Shown in pieces: positions 39,733-49,083 of a stretch of DNA of 64,000 nt. This DNA is from Promethearchaeota archaeon (GTDB lineage Archaea; Asgardarchaeota; Lokiarchaeia; Sigyniarchaeales; SOKP01), in assembly GCA_048941285.1 (NCBI GenBank), contig JBHLNS010000007.1:41686-105685 (forward strand), written 5' to 3'. How positions within the stretch are numbered: the first letter of the stretch is position 1; each line of letters starts with the position of its first letter. Below the pieces are notes generated by a model that was given only the letters and a program-made list of their open reading frames with translations, was not told the origin of the DNA and searched no databases. The position numbers and the translations under genes are program-made.

Positions 39733-40575
39733 ATGATACAGTATATCTTTATTGCAATATTACAAGGTCTGTTTGAATGGCTTCCAATATCTTCTAGTGG
39801 TCAAACATTTCTCATAGCTATAAATATCTTTAATATTTCTCCTGATGAAGCATATAGTTTATCTATTTGGCTTCATTTAGGTACTACTTTGGCTGTTTTA
39901 GTAAAATTTAGAAATGATTATTATAAAATATTTAAAAGTTTTTTACCAAATAAGTCTATTGTAGATGAAATTGATATAAAAAAAAGAAATTGGCTTATTT
40001 ATGCTACTTTAGGAACTGGAATTACTGCTCTGCCACTTTATTTTATTTTCAGAATTATCATTTTAGGCGCATTTACAGCCTTTCAAGGTGATTTGATAAC
40101 TCTGATTATTTCAGGTTTATTAATTCTTACAGGGATAATTCTTCTCAAAACTAGAAAAATATATGGAAAAAATACTGTAGAAGAAATTTCGAAAGATATA
40201 ATACTAAAAGACAGTTTTATATCTGGTATTATTCAAGGTACTTCTATATTACCAGGCATTTCTCGTTCAGGAGTTACTGTATCTGCCATTTTATTGGAAA
40301 AATATAACCAGGATAATGCCTTAAAATTAAGCTTTTTAATGTCAGTACCAGTTGTTATCGCTTCTATTATTGTTGATACTCTATTTGGAAATGGTTCAAT
40401 TTTTGGATTCGGAGTAATCTTAATTAGTATTACAACCTTAATTAGTTTTTTAGTTGGTTATTTAACAATAGAAGTATTACTCCGAATTGCTCAAAAGATT
40501 AGTTTTGGCTATTTTTGTATTTCATATGGACTGGTAACTTATCTAATAATTGTACCTTTTTTATTTTTAGCCTAA
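39733..40575 (+). CDS. uppP: undecaprenyl/polyprenyl-diphosphate phosphatase (BacA family)
   Basis: QGL.EWLPISSSG, HLGT, PGISRSG.T, SFLMS.P. Confidence 0.88.
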   Translation: MIQYIFIAILQGLFEWLPISSSGQTFLIAINIFNISPDEAYSLSIWLHLGTTLAVLVKFRNDYYKIFKSFLPNKSIVDEIDIKKRNWLIYATLGTGITALPLYFIFRIIILGAFTAFQGDLITLIISGLLILTGIILLKTRKIYGKNTVEEISKDIILKDSFISGIIQGTSILPGISRSGVTVSAILLEKYNQDNALKLSFLMSVPVVIASIIVDTLFGNGSIFGFGVILISITTLISFLVGYLTIEVLLRIAQKISFGYFCISYGLVTYLIIVPFLFLA

Positions 40576-41465
40576 AGATTTAACACGTAATCTTTAATAA
40601 AGTCTTTTAACACATTTTCTATGTTTGAAATGCCTACGAAACTTGGAAAATCATTCAAGTCTATAATATAATAGATATTTTGGTTAATAGGGCGAACTAG
40701 GTCAAATCCAAAAATTTTAAGGTTTAATTTTGCAGATAAAATATTTGATAATTTTACAATATCTTTTGTCACTCTAAACCTTTCCCTTTCAATTAAGCTC
40801 ACATCAATATTTTCAGGTTTTTCTCTTAAAAATTTATAAATTGGATTTTCTCTTTTAATTCCAAAAACTTTATCTCCAACTACATATATCTTACGCTCGA
40901 TTCCATCACTCTCGATGAATTTTTGTATATATACATCATAATATAAAAACTCCTTATATCTTTCACAAAACTTATCAACCTCCTCAATCTTTTGCACTAA
41001 AAAATTAAATCGATTATATTTATCATGCTGATAATGACTTTTGATAACTATTGGTAATTTTGGTAAAGCCCATTCTTTAAATTTTTCAACGTCTGATAAA
41101 GTTTGATTCCATGAGTCAGGCATTAGAAAATTTTTTAGTTCTTTTTTATGATCTTCCAATGTTTTTCTCAATCCATAATCCAGAGCAATTTTATTCTTAC
41201 AATTTAGGATTGTATCTACATTGTGTAGAGTAGGTATATTATAAAGTTTAGCGAAATGCAAAAGATCGATAGAACATTCATTCCTTACCTTTAAAATGAT
41301 TAGATCAGCATTTTTGAACTTTTCTGGCATATTAGAAAGAGAAAAAAAATCTTTTGTCGGATCATGGAGAATTAATTCAAAATCTCTTATCTTTTTTAAT
41401 TTCATAACTAACTTTTTAACTATTACATGATCTTGATTTGCTGAAAAAACTACTTTTTTAACCAT
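40572..41465 (-). CDS. ATP-grasp protein, ITPK1 (inositol phosphate kinase)-like A
   Basis: QKFI...KIYVVG, IFGFDLV, IIDLNDFPSF.GI; ATG 41465 is the likely start. Confidence 0.75.
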   Translation of the reverse strand: MVKKVVFSANQDHVIVKKLVMKLKKIRDFELILHDPTKDFFSLSNMPEKFKNADLIILKVRNECSIDLLHFAKLYNIPTLHNVDTILNCKNKIALDYGLRKTLEDHKKELKNFLMPDSWNQTLSDVEKFKEWALPKLPIVIKSHYQHDKYNRFNFLVQKIEEVDKFCERYKEFLYYDVYIQKFIESDGIERKIYVVGDKVFGIKRENPIYKFLREKPENIDVSLIERERFRVTKDIVKLSNILSAKLNLKIFGFDLVRPINQNIYYIIDLNDFPSFVGISNIENVLKDFIKDYVLNL

Positions 41466-41507
41466 ATTATCTGATTCCAAATTTTTAATGATTTTTTAAC
41501 CTGTATG

Positions 41508-43940
41508 TTATAAATAGATTGATATAGCTTTTTTATTAAATTCCTCAAATTTTAAAGTCAATTCTATTTTATTCATTAAGTTATAATATTGCCATGAATC
41601 TATAATATTATTATTAACTTGAATTGATGATGGCTTTTTTTCAGAATAAATTAATACTTTAATTATATTATTTTTTGTATATTCTATTATAAAATTTAAA
41701 CATTCTTCAGTGGCCTTAACATCTAGAATTAATTTTTTCGATAAAGTAATATATTTATCTGGGCATCCAATTAAAGCCATTCCATTAACTAAAATGGGAC
41801 ATAAAATATAGTATTTATATTCATATCTTCTCAGTCGACCTACTTCAATAGATTCATCAAAATTAATCCGATTTATCCTATCAGAATTATAGTCATAGAG
41901 GATATATTGTTTATCTGTAAATCCAAGTTCTTGAAGTGTAAAATATGTTTCTTTGACTCTTTTAGGCCAAATATTAGAGATTAAGATGTAATTCCATTTT
42001 AAGTTATCTATTTTAGTATAAGTATTACATATATAATATTTCCTGTGTTTCTTAAACATTAAATCGTTTGCTGTTAATGCTTTATCAGGTTTCAATAATA
42101 AACCGTCATCCCTGCATGTTTTCTGCAGAAGTGTCCAATTAACATTCTCTTTTTTATCCCCGGGAGCAACCACACCTGCGTTTAAAATCTGATATAAACA
42201 GTTAAACTTAGGAAAGTTGTCACTAAATGGCCTGAATCTGATATTTTCCTTTGGGCGAGAACGAAACACATCTGGATGTGAATTAATTCCTATCGCATTA
42301 AAAAGAATGTTTGTTTGAGTAGAATGTATAAATCTATATGTTAATGGCCATCTATGATTATAGTCCTCTGAGCATCGAGAAATACTAATATTTGAGTGTT
42401 TTATACTATAAAGTAAGATTCCTGGGGTTTGCATACAATAGAAAATATCAAGCCCTTTTTCTTTAGCAGCAGTAGCCATGTTATTTAGCCAATTTTCTTG
42501 AGCATCACACTTTTGCCTCAAAATAGGCATACTTGAAATTTGATTCTTCAACCAATCCTGTTCATAAACTTGAATCCCATATTCTTTAGCATGATTCATT
42601 AACCATTGCCAAAATGCTTTTTTCAGAGGTACAGCATGATTTTTATAGGTTTCAAACTCAAATTTATGAATATAAGGAGATCTTGCATCCCAACGGCGAT
42701 TATGAGCTGTAATCGGCTTTTTAAATTTTTCATGATAAAAAGTTTTTAAATCTGTATTGAAATTTTTTGGATCTGCCTCCCAACGTAATGTATTACCATA
42801 TAATCCCCCTCCCATTATTCGAATTAAAGGTCTAAACAACGTTGTAAAAGTTTTATTAGTGTGCTTTAAATACCACCAACTATCAAAATTGTAATACCTT
42901 ATAGGAATATTATTTGCTTCAAAATATTCCTTAATTGCTAACATTGTATCTTGATAGTTCATTTTTTTTTCTTTTTTATAATAATAATAAGCACCATTAT
43001 TTGTCCAATATCCTAAATAAGATGTAACAATATTAGCGTAGAGACTTTTTCGGTTAGAATTATGGTATTTTAAAAGAATATCTCCTAAGTGTTCCAATGA
43101 TTTATTAATGCCTTTACCAAGGAGGAGTATAAATTTTTGGGAAAATCCAATCGGTAATTCTTTAATTTCACCTTGAATACCGCAATAAATTCTATTCTTT
43201 TTATCTTTTAAAATTCTTGAATTTAAAAAACCATCTAAAGGTGATAGTATAACACAATCTAAATTTTCATCATAAAATATAACAGGTGCTGAAGTAATAT
43301 TAAGCTCTCTTGAAGGAGGACAAAATTTTGTATTTCTAAATGTAAAAATATTGTTATTAGGGCTTTGAATTACGAATGATGGGAAGGACGTAAGAAGTTC
43401 TGAATTTTCCCCAGAGAATGTATTTTGTAAACCTTCCGGAATAAAAAGATTAAATACAATGAATCCTTGTGTATGATAATTTCTGGTTGATATATTCACA
43501 TATCTTTCTTCATCTTCTAATCGAAATTGGGCCTCTATTGATGCAAATTCACCTAATTTATCATCTCCATCACTTTCAGTAATACTTGTTAATTTAAGAA
43601 TTTTTGAATCAGTTTTAATGGAATTGTAATTACTGTATTCTTTTGAGTGATGTCTTATTTTTATATTTCCATTTATTAATTTTCTTTTCGTACCGAATGA
43701 AATTGAGTAGATTCCTGAAGTATCATTAAATTTTATCTTGAATGATTGTTTTTGATTTAAAACTGGCTTAAATCTTTGTTCCTTTTTAAAATCCTTTGAT
43801 TTGTATACATAACTAGCATTAAACCTAGGAGAAATAAAAATATTAAAAAACCATGGCAAAAGTAAATATAAAAACATAAAAAACAAGGTTAAAATGAAAA
43901 TAACTAACAAAATTATAAGCAAATAAAAATTAAATGTCAA
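41508..43940 (-). CDS. membrane-anchored glycoside hydrolase-like protein (clan GH-D/GH36-like TIM barrel)
   Basis: N-terminal TM; YLGYWTNNGAYYYY, FDSWWY, YEQDW, YCM, RCSEDY, DG.LLKPD motifs. Confidence 0.55.
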   Translation of the reverse strand: MTFNFYLLIILLVIFILTLFFMFLYLLLPWFFNIFISPRFNASYVYKSKDFKKEQRFKPVLNQKQSFKIKFNDTSGIYSISFGTKRKLINGNIKIRHHSKEYSNYNSIKTDSKILKLTSITESDGDDKLGEFASIEAQFRLEDEERYVNISTRNYHTQGFIVFNLFIPEGLQNTFSGENSELLTSFPSFVIQSPNNNIFTFRNTKFCPPSRELNITSAPVIFYDENLDCVILSPLDGFLNSRILKDKKNRIYCGIQGEIKELPIGFSQKFILLLGKGINKSLEHLGDILLKYHNSNRKSLYANIVTSYLGYWTNNGAYYYYKKEKKMNYQDTMLAIKEYFEANNIPIRYYNFDSWWYLKHTNKTFTTLFRPLIRIMGGGLYGNTLRWEADPKNFNTDLKTFYHEKFKKPITAHNRRWDARSPYIHKFEFETYKNHAVPLKKAFWQWLMNHAKEYGIQVYEQDWLKNQISSMPILRQKCDAQENWLNNMATAAKEKGLDIFYCMQTPGILLYSIKHSNISISRCSEDYNHRWPLTYRFIHSTQTNILFNAIGINSHPDVFRSRPKENIRFRPFSDNFPKFNCLYQILNAGVVAPGDKKENVNWTLLQKTCRDDGLLLKPDKALTANDLMFKKHRKYYICNTYTKIDNLKWNYILISNIWPKRVKETYFTLQELGFTDKQYILYDYNSDRINRINFDESIEVGRLRRYEYKYYILCPILVNGMALIGCPDKYITLSKKLILDVKATEECLNFIIEYTKNNIIKVLIYSEKKPSSIQVNNNIIDSWQYYNLMNKIELTLKFEEFNKKAISIYL

Positions 43941-44050
43941 ATCAACACCAAAAATTTATTTCCATAAGATTATATCTAAGAGATATTTTAGATAAATATT
44001 GAAGAATTTTAATTTATTTTGCCTTGAATTAAATATCATGAAAAATAATA

Positions 44051-44064
44051 TGTCAATTTTGACA
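44051..44064. promoter_or_regulatory. palindrome TGTCAA-TT-TTGACA in divergent promoter region
   Basis: perfect 6-2-6 inverted repeat between the GH-like gene and ino1. Confidence 0.35.
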
Positions 44065-44111
44065 ATAAAATTAGTCCTTAAATTAAAGGGTTTAAAATCT
44101 TTATGATATTT

Positions 44112-44138
44112 TAAAATGATTTAAATATAATCATTTTA
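44112..44138 (+). promoter_or_regulatory. 10-bp inverted repeat straddling the ino1 TATA box
   Basis: TAAAATGATT-N7-AATCATTTTA; TTTAAATA at 44120-44127, 26-33 nt before ATG 44153. Confidence 0.45.
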
Positions 44139-44152
44139 TTATACAAAATATT

Positions 44153-45247
44153 ATGGCGAATAAAATTATTAATGTTGCCATAGTTGGAGTAGGTGATGTA
44201 GCCTCAGCTTTAGTGCAAGGGATTGAAAATTATAAAAAAAATCCGGAAAAAACTCTGGGTATACTTCCCGAGATTAACCAATATAGTCTTAGTGATATTA
44301 ATTTTGTACTAGGTATAGATGTTAATTCAAATAAAGTTGGAAAAGATTTAAGCCAAGCTATTTTTGCAGAACCAAATTGTAATATGAAACTTTTTAAACC
44401 TGATTATTTGAATGCTCCGGTAATCAAAGGTCCCATAATGGATGGATTAGACAGTAACATTAAAAATATAATTCCAGTAGATAATAATCAGCCCCCTGCA
44501 GATATTATTAATGAAATAAAAATCCGAAATATAGATGTTACTGTGATCTTGCTTCCAACGGGGTCTCATCAAGCTGTTAAATTTTATGCATTGAGTGCCC
44601 TCGAAGCGGGATCATGTGTCGTAAATGGAATGCCTTCATATGTTGCTAAAAATTCAGAAATTGTTGATAAAGCAGAGAAATGTAACCTATCTTTAATTGG
44701 AGATGATGTAAAATCACAAATTGGAGCGACAATTGTTCATAGAGCTTTAACCAATCTCTTTCCAATGCGAGGTGCTATATTGGATAAAACCATTCAACTG
44801 GATTGGGGTGGATCTAGTGATTTTTGTAATCTTTTAACACCAATGCCAAGTGGTACTTTAAGATACGAGGAGGGAAAACGACAATCTAAAACAGAAGCAG
44901 TAATTTCAAACCTTCAAAATAAAGAAATTGTGGATTGCCAAATTTCTGCTGTAGATTATATTCCATTTCTAAAAAATCAAAAAGAAGCATATATGAGACT
45001 CGAGGGGCGAGTATTTGGAGGTGCACCAGTAAGAATTGATGTAACTATGTTTGTTGAAGATGGAAATAATTCAGCAGGAATCATTGCAGATTCTATAAGA
45101 GTCAGTAAGATCGCAAAAGATAGAAATATCGGAGGTGTTCTTCATTCGGCTTGTTCTTTTTTTGCAAAACATCCTCCTGAGCAATTAGAGGATTATATTG
45201 CCAAGGAGAGACTTATAGAATTTTTAAAAAATAATCGAGATCGTTAA
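44153..45247 (+). CDS. ino1: myo-inositol-1-phosphate synthase (divergent)
   Basis: GVG..ASALVQG, KVGKDL, LP.GS, GDDVKSQIGAT..HR, SKT, NSAG, K.PP. Confidence 0.85.
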   Translation: MANKIINVAIVGVGDVASALVQGIENYKKNPEKTLGILPEINQYSLSDINFVLGIDVNSNKVGKDLSQAIFAEPNCNMKLFKPDYLNAPVIKGPIMDGLDSNIKNIIPVDNNQPPADIINEIKIRNIDVTVILLPTGSHQAVKFYALSALEAGSCVVNGMPSYVAKNSEIVDKAEKCNLSLIGDDVKSQIGATIVHRALTNLFPMRGAILDKTIQLDWGGSSDFCNLLTPMPSGTLRYEEGKRQSKTEAVISNLQNKEIVDCQISAVDYIPFLKNQKEAYMRLEGRVFGGAPVRIDVTMFVEDGNNSAGIIADSIRVSKIAKDRNIGGVLHSACSFFAKHPPEQLEDYIAKERLIEFLKNNRDR

Positions 45248-45285
45248 TTAGTCTTTAGGTTCATAATCGATAAATATTCCAAATT

Positions 45286-46200
45286 TTAGCCTCTAACTGA
45301 AGCACTTATTTTATACATTTGTTGTTGCAATTCTACTATATTGTATATATAATCCGATATTAAACTTACTGCCTCAGGGATGCTTCTAAAACTTGGAAAA
45401 TCATTAATATCAATAATATATGGTTTTCCTTCATTTGTTAATACATAATCAACACCAAAAATAGAGAGTCCCATTTTTCGACCCAGTCGTAAAATACGTC
45501 TCTTCAGTTGTTTTTCAATTGGCACGCGAATATGAATTAATTCTAAGGGAGATAGATATTCTTTCTGTTTTAATCGATTATGGGAAGTAATTGAAACAGT
45601 CCATCGCCCTATAATATATACTTTATAAATAATATCAAATTTGCCCAAAAATTCTTGAAAAAATAATTCATTTTCATCAAAACCCCTTGTTAATTGTTTA
45701 AATTCGGAACAGTCTTTTGCTATACCTATAATTCTATCATCTCTTGGGAGTCTAGGAATATTATGCTTATCTAATTTAATAACTAATTTTGTTCCATTAG
45801 AGCATGCTTCAAAAGCTTCATCAAATGTATAAAAACAACGAGGGAAAATAGGTTTCTTATATTTTTGCTCAACACTTCTAAATGTGTGTTTTCTACTTTC
45901 ACATATTTGAACCGCGTCTAAACTATTTAAAACAGGGATCCGAGGTGTTACTTGTTTAATGGTTTTGTAAATTTCTTGATTTCCCTTTTCAGATAATAAC
46001 TTAACAATAATAAATGAAATAGGGTATTTTTTAATTTGTTTCTTGAAGTGTTTGGCACTAAATGTATTAGAATCTTTTTTTAGAAGATTAACTATAGAGA
46101 TATTATAGTTTTTCTTGCAGAACTTTTTGATCTTATCAAAAATTTCGAGATCACGATTACAAATAGAGCCTATGTAAATTCTACTAAGCTTATTTGACAA
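45286..46200 (-). CDS. ATP-grasp protein, ITPK1-like B
   Basis: FQEFL..YKVYIIG, LSIFGVDY, IIDINDFPSF. Confidence 0.75.
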   Translation of the reverse strand: MSNKLSRIYIGSICNRDLEIFDKIKKFCKKNYNISIVNLLKKDSNTFSAKHFKKQIKKYPISFIIVKLLSEKGNQEIYKTIKQVTPRIPVLNSLDAVQICESRKHTFRSVEQKYKKPIFPRCFYTFDEAFEACSNGTKLVIKLDKHNIPRLPRDDRIIGIAKDCSEFKQLTRGFDENELFFQEFLGKFDIIYKVYIIGRWTVSITSHNRLKQKEYLSPLELIHIRVPIEKQLKRRILRLGRKMGLSIFGVDYVLTNEGKPYIIDINDFPSFRSIPEAVSLISDYIYNIVELQQQMYKISASVRG

Positions 46201-46450
46201 CCAAAAAACCCTATTTATTTTGATACATTATGAATAAATAATCTTATATAAATGTATTGTTTATGAATAAGCTTACAGATATTATAAATAAGAAGAATCT
46301 TCATAATTTAACAAGATGTAACTAAATCAAGTTTTAATTTTCAGCAAAATAATTTAAAATTTATTGATAAACGTATTTAAATTGTATATTTTTTTTAATT
46401 AATATTAAAGAGAAAGTGAGTTTTTTGAAAAGGATTTTGAGGGAGATTTA

Positions 46451-47266
46451 TTGAAAAAAATAGGTATAATCATCGACAAATATCATTTGAAATATAAAGT
46501 TTCTGATTTCTTAAGTTATCTAAAATCTAAAGCAGAAATTAAACTTTATATTGAGGACTCATTTCTACTGAGTGCCTCGGAATTAGAATTTGAAGAAGAT
46601 ATATTTTTTGTTAAAGCAAAAGGTGATTTAGTCCTAAGTCTTGTAAAGTTACTTGAGGAAGAGACATCTATTCCAGTTATTAATTCTTATAGAGGTACAT
46701 GGTTAGCAATTAATAGATTTTTAAATAGTTTGTATTTACAAAAAGCGGGAATACCTATTCCAGATTTTTCATTAAATCCTAAAGGAAATCCCCCCCCATT
46801 TCGGGATTATATTATTAAAAATATCATAGATCAAAAAAATTATAAATTCATACCTATCATTCATAAAGAGGATGGACAACTAAGAGTTGCTGATGAGAGA
46901 GCTTTAAATGAAGTTGATAAAATCGATCCAAGATATAACTATTTATATTATCAAAAGTTCATCAAAAGTAAATGGGAATATAAGATCTATGGAATTGGTG
47001 AAAATGTTTATTTTTATAAACAAATCCCCATATTAGTTAATCCTAATAAGATGGAATCAAGGAGAAAAATCGATGAGATTCCTGAATTAAAAGAGTATTG
47101 CTATAAAGCAATGGAAATTATGGGCTTAAAATTGACTTCATTAGATTTTTTAAAATCAAAAGATCAATTTTATCTGACGGACATCAACTGCACTCCAAAT
47201 TTTAATTATATTAAAAATGGGCACCAGATTGTAGCAGATTATTTATTAAAACAAGCAAAAATGTGA
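46451..47266 (+). CDS. ATP-grasp protein, ITPK1/RimK-like C
   Basis: YQKFI..EYKIYGIG, LDFL, LTDINCTPNF. Confidence 0.7.
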   Translation: MKKIGIIIDKYHLKYKVSDFLSYLKSKAEIKLYIEDSFLLSASELEFEEDIFFVKAKGDLVLSLVKLLEEETSIPVINSYRGTWLAINRFLNSLYLQKAGIPIPDFSLNPKGNPPPFRDYIIKNIIDQKNYKFIPIIHKEDGQLRVADERALNEVDKIDPRYNYLYYQKFIKSKWEYKIYGIGENVYFYKQIPILVNPNKMESRRKIDEIPELKEYCYKAMEIMGLKLTSLDFLKSKDQFYLTDINCTPNFNYIKNGHQIVADYLLKQAKM

Positions 47267-47271
47267 TTTTA

Positions 47272-48069
47272 ATGGAAAATGTGAAAATAGGGATCCTTTC
47301 GAAAAGAAAAACAATGTTGACTGGCAGATTAAAGGTTTGCCTTGAGAATAAAGGATATAGCGTTTCAATTTATACCCTAGAAAATTTGGTGATAAATGAA
47401 ACTCTTTTAAAGCAAGATTTTTACATATTGAAATCAAAAAGTCTTTTTTTTCTTTATGCTGGTTTTTTTTTAGAAGCAAATAATAAAATTGTTATTCCTT
47501 CCCCTCAAATTTCTTTTGTTCAGAAAAATCGTATCCACTCTCACTTTTTAATGAAAAAAGTTGGTCTTTTAACTCCAGATATTTATTTGGGGACTGCAGA
47601 TACATTTAAGAATCAGTTAGATGTGGGAGATTTTCCCTTTATTTTAAAACCCATTATGGGTTCAGGAAGCAAGGGGGTTAGAGTTATTAAATCTTATAAT
47701 GACCTAGAATCAAAAGATAATTCAATATTGTATTTAGAAGAGTTCATTAAAGGAATCCATTATAATGTGTATTTCATAGATAATAATATTTGTACCTTAA
47801 TTAAACCTCCATTAGCTCATGAACATGTTGATATGAAGAAAGTAGAAACACCAAATGATATAAAAGGTTTAATTTATAAATGGAGAAATTACTTTAATGG
47901 AGATCTTTTATTTGGGCATTTAGATATTGTAAGGGAAGAATCTAGTAATAAATTATATGTAGTTGATCCAGGTTCATTTCCAGAGTTTTCAAATTGGAAG
48001 TGTGGTATTAATCCCGCAGAAACAATATGTAATTTAATAATTGATAAATATAGCCAAAAAAATAAATAA
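47272..48069 (+). CDS. ATP-grasp protein, divergent ITPK1/RimK-like D
   Basis: PFILKP.MGSGSKGV, YLEEFI, GHLDIV, VVDPGSFPEF; ATG 47272 is the likely start. Confidence 0.7.
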   Translation: MENVKIGILSKRKTMLTGRLKVCLENKGYSVSIYTLENLVINETLLKQDFYILKSKSLFFLYAGFFLEANNKIVIPSPQISFVQKNRIHSHFLMKKVGLLTPDIYLGTADTFKNQLDVGDFPFILKPIMGSGSKGVRVIKSYNDLESKDNSILYLEEFIKGIHYNVYFIDNNICTLIKPPLAHEHVDMKKVETPNDIKGLIYKWRNYFNGDLLFGHLDIVREESSNKLYVVDPGSFPEFSNWKCGINPAETICNLIIDKYSQKNK

Positions 48070-48098
48070 TTACTAATCCTAATAAGAAATTAGTAAAA

Positions 48099-49067
48099 AT
48101 GACTACACAAAAACAACTAGAAAAATACAAGATTTATGGAGAAAAACAAAAAGTCCGATTATACAAAATCAAACACTTCATCTTTGATTTTGGGGGGGTC
48201 TTGATTGAAAAAACATTTGTGTTGAAGAATTTATTTGATATGCTTGAAGCAGATTTAAAGATATCAATTCCTCGTGAGGATAATTCATTTATAAGAAAAA
48301 TTAAAAGAAGTTTAAGTTCTGGGAGAATTTCTTCAAAAGAATTTTTAGAGAAAATTTTTGATAAGTATTATTATCCATTTCAAAAAAAAGATGGAGCCTT
48401 ACCCCCAAAAAAAATAAATGCTGAATACTACGTCGAGTTATGGTTTGATCTCTACTCTCAGGTAACAAATGTATCTTCAGAGATGGCAGAAATAATAGAA
48501 CGTTTACACCAAGCAGATTATACTGTCAGTTTAATGTCAAATACTCACGATATCCATGCGAAATCAAATTTATTAAGAGGTTTTTACGATAATTTTGATC
48601 ATGTTTTTTTATCGAATGAGATTGGAATGATAAAACCAGATATGGATAAATATAAGTATGTGTTAAAAAATTTAGATACAAAACCAAAAAGATGCGTTTT
48701 TATTGATGATAAAATCCAAAATCTGGTACCAGCTAGAGAATTAGGATTTATTGTAATTAGATTTGAATCATTTGAAAAGTTTAAAAAGCAACTAAATGAA
48801 TTGGGTATTGGGGAAATAAGTAAAGATCTAAGGCATAAAATAAAGAAAAGATATAAAAAATACGAAAAAACGAAAAAGGAATATAAGAAAGCTAAAAAAG
48901 AATATAAGAAAGCTAAAAAGGATTATTTAAAGAAGAAGGGAAAATCTTTAAAGAGAAAATTAGAATACCAACGAAAAAGATCTCAATATCGCAAAAAAAA
49001 GGCAGAATATAAGCAAGAGAAGGATAAAAAGGATAAAGAACTTGAAACTAAACTTAGAATAACATAA
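48099..49067 (+). CDS. HAD-superfamily phosphatase with Lys/Arg-rich C-terminal extension
   Basis: FDFGGV, MSN, KP, FIDD..N motifs; ~80-aa basic tail. Confidence 0.85.
   Translation: MTTQKQLEKYKIYGEKQKVRLYKIKHFIFDFGGVLIEKTFVLKNLFDMLEADLKISIPREDNSFIRKIKRSLSSGRISSKEFLEKIFDKYYYPFQKKDGALPPKKINAEYYVELWFDLYSQVTNVSSEMAEIIERLHQADYTVSLMSNTHDIHAKSNLLRGFYDNFDHVFLSNEIGMIKPDMDKYKYVLKNLDTKPKRCVFIDDKIQNLVPARELGFIVIRFESFEKFKKQLNELGIGEISKDLRHKIKKRYKKYEKTKKEYKKAKKEYKKAKKDYLKKKGKSLKRKLEYQRKRSQYRKKKAEYKQEKDKKDKELETKLRIT
48879..48920 (+). repeat. 21-bp tandem repeat (x2) encoding EYKKAKK
   Basis: GAATATAAGAAAGCTAAAAA(A/G) twice. Confidence 0.8.
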
Positions 49068-49083
49068 GATTTTTTATATCTTG

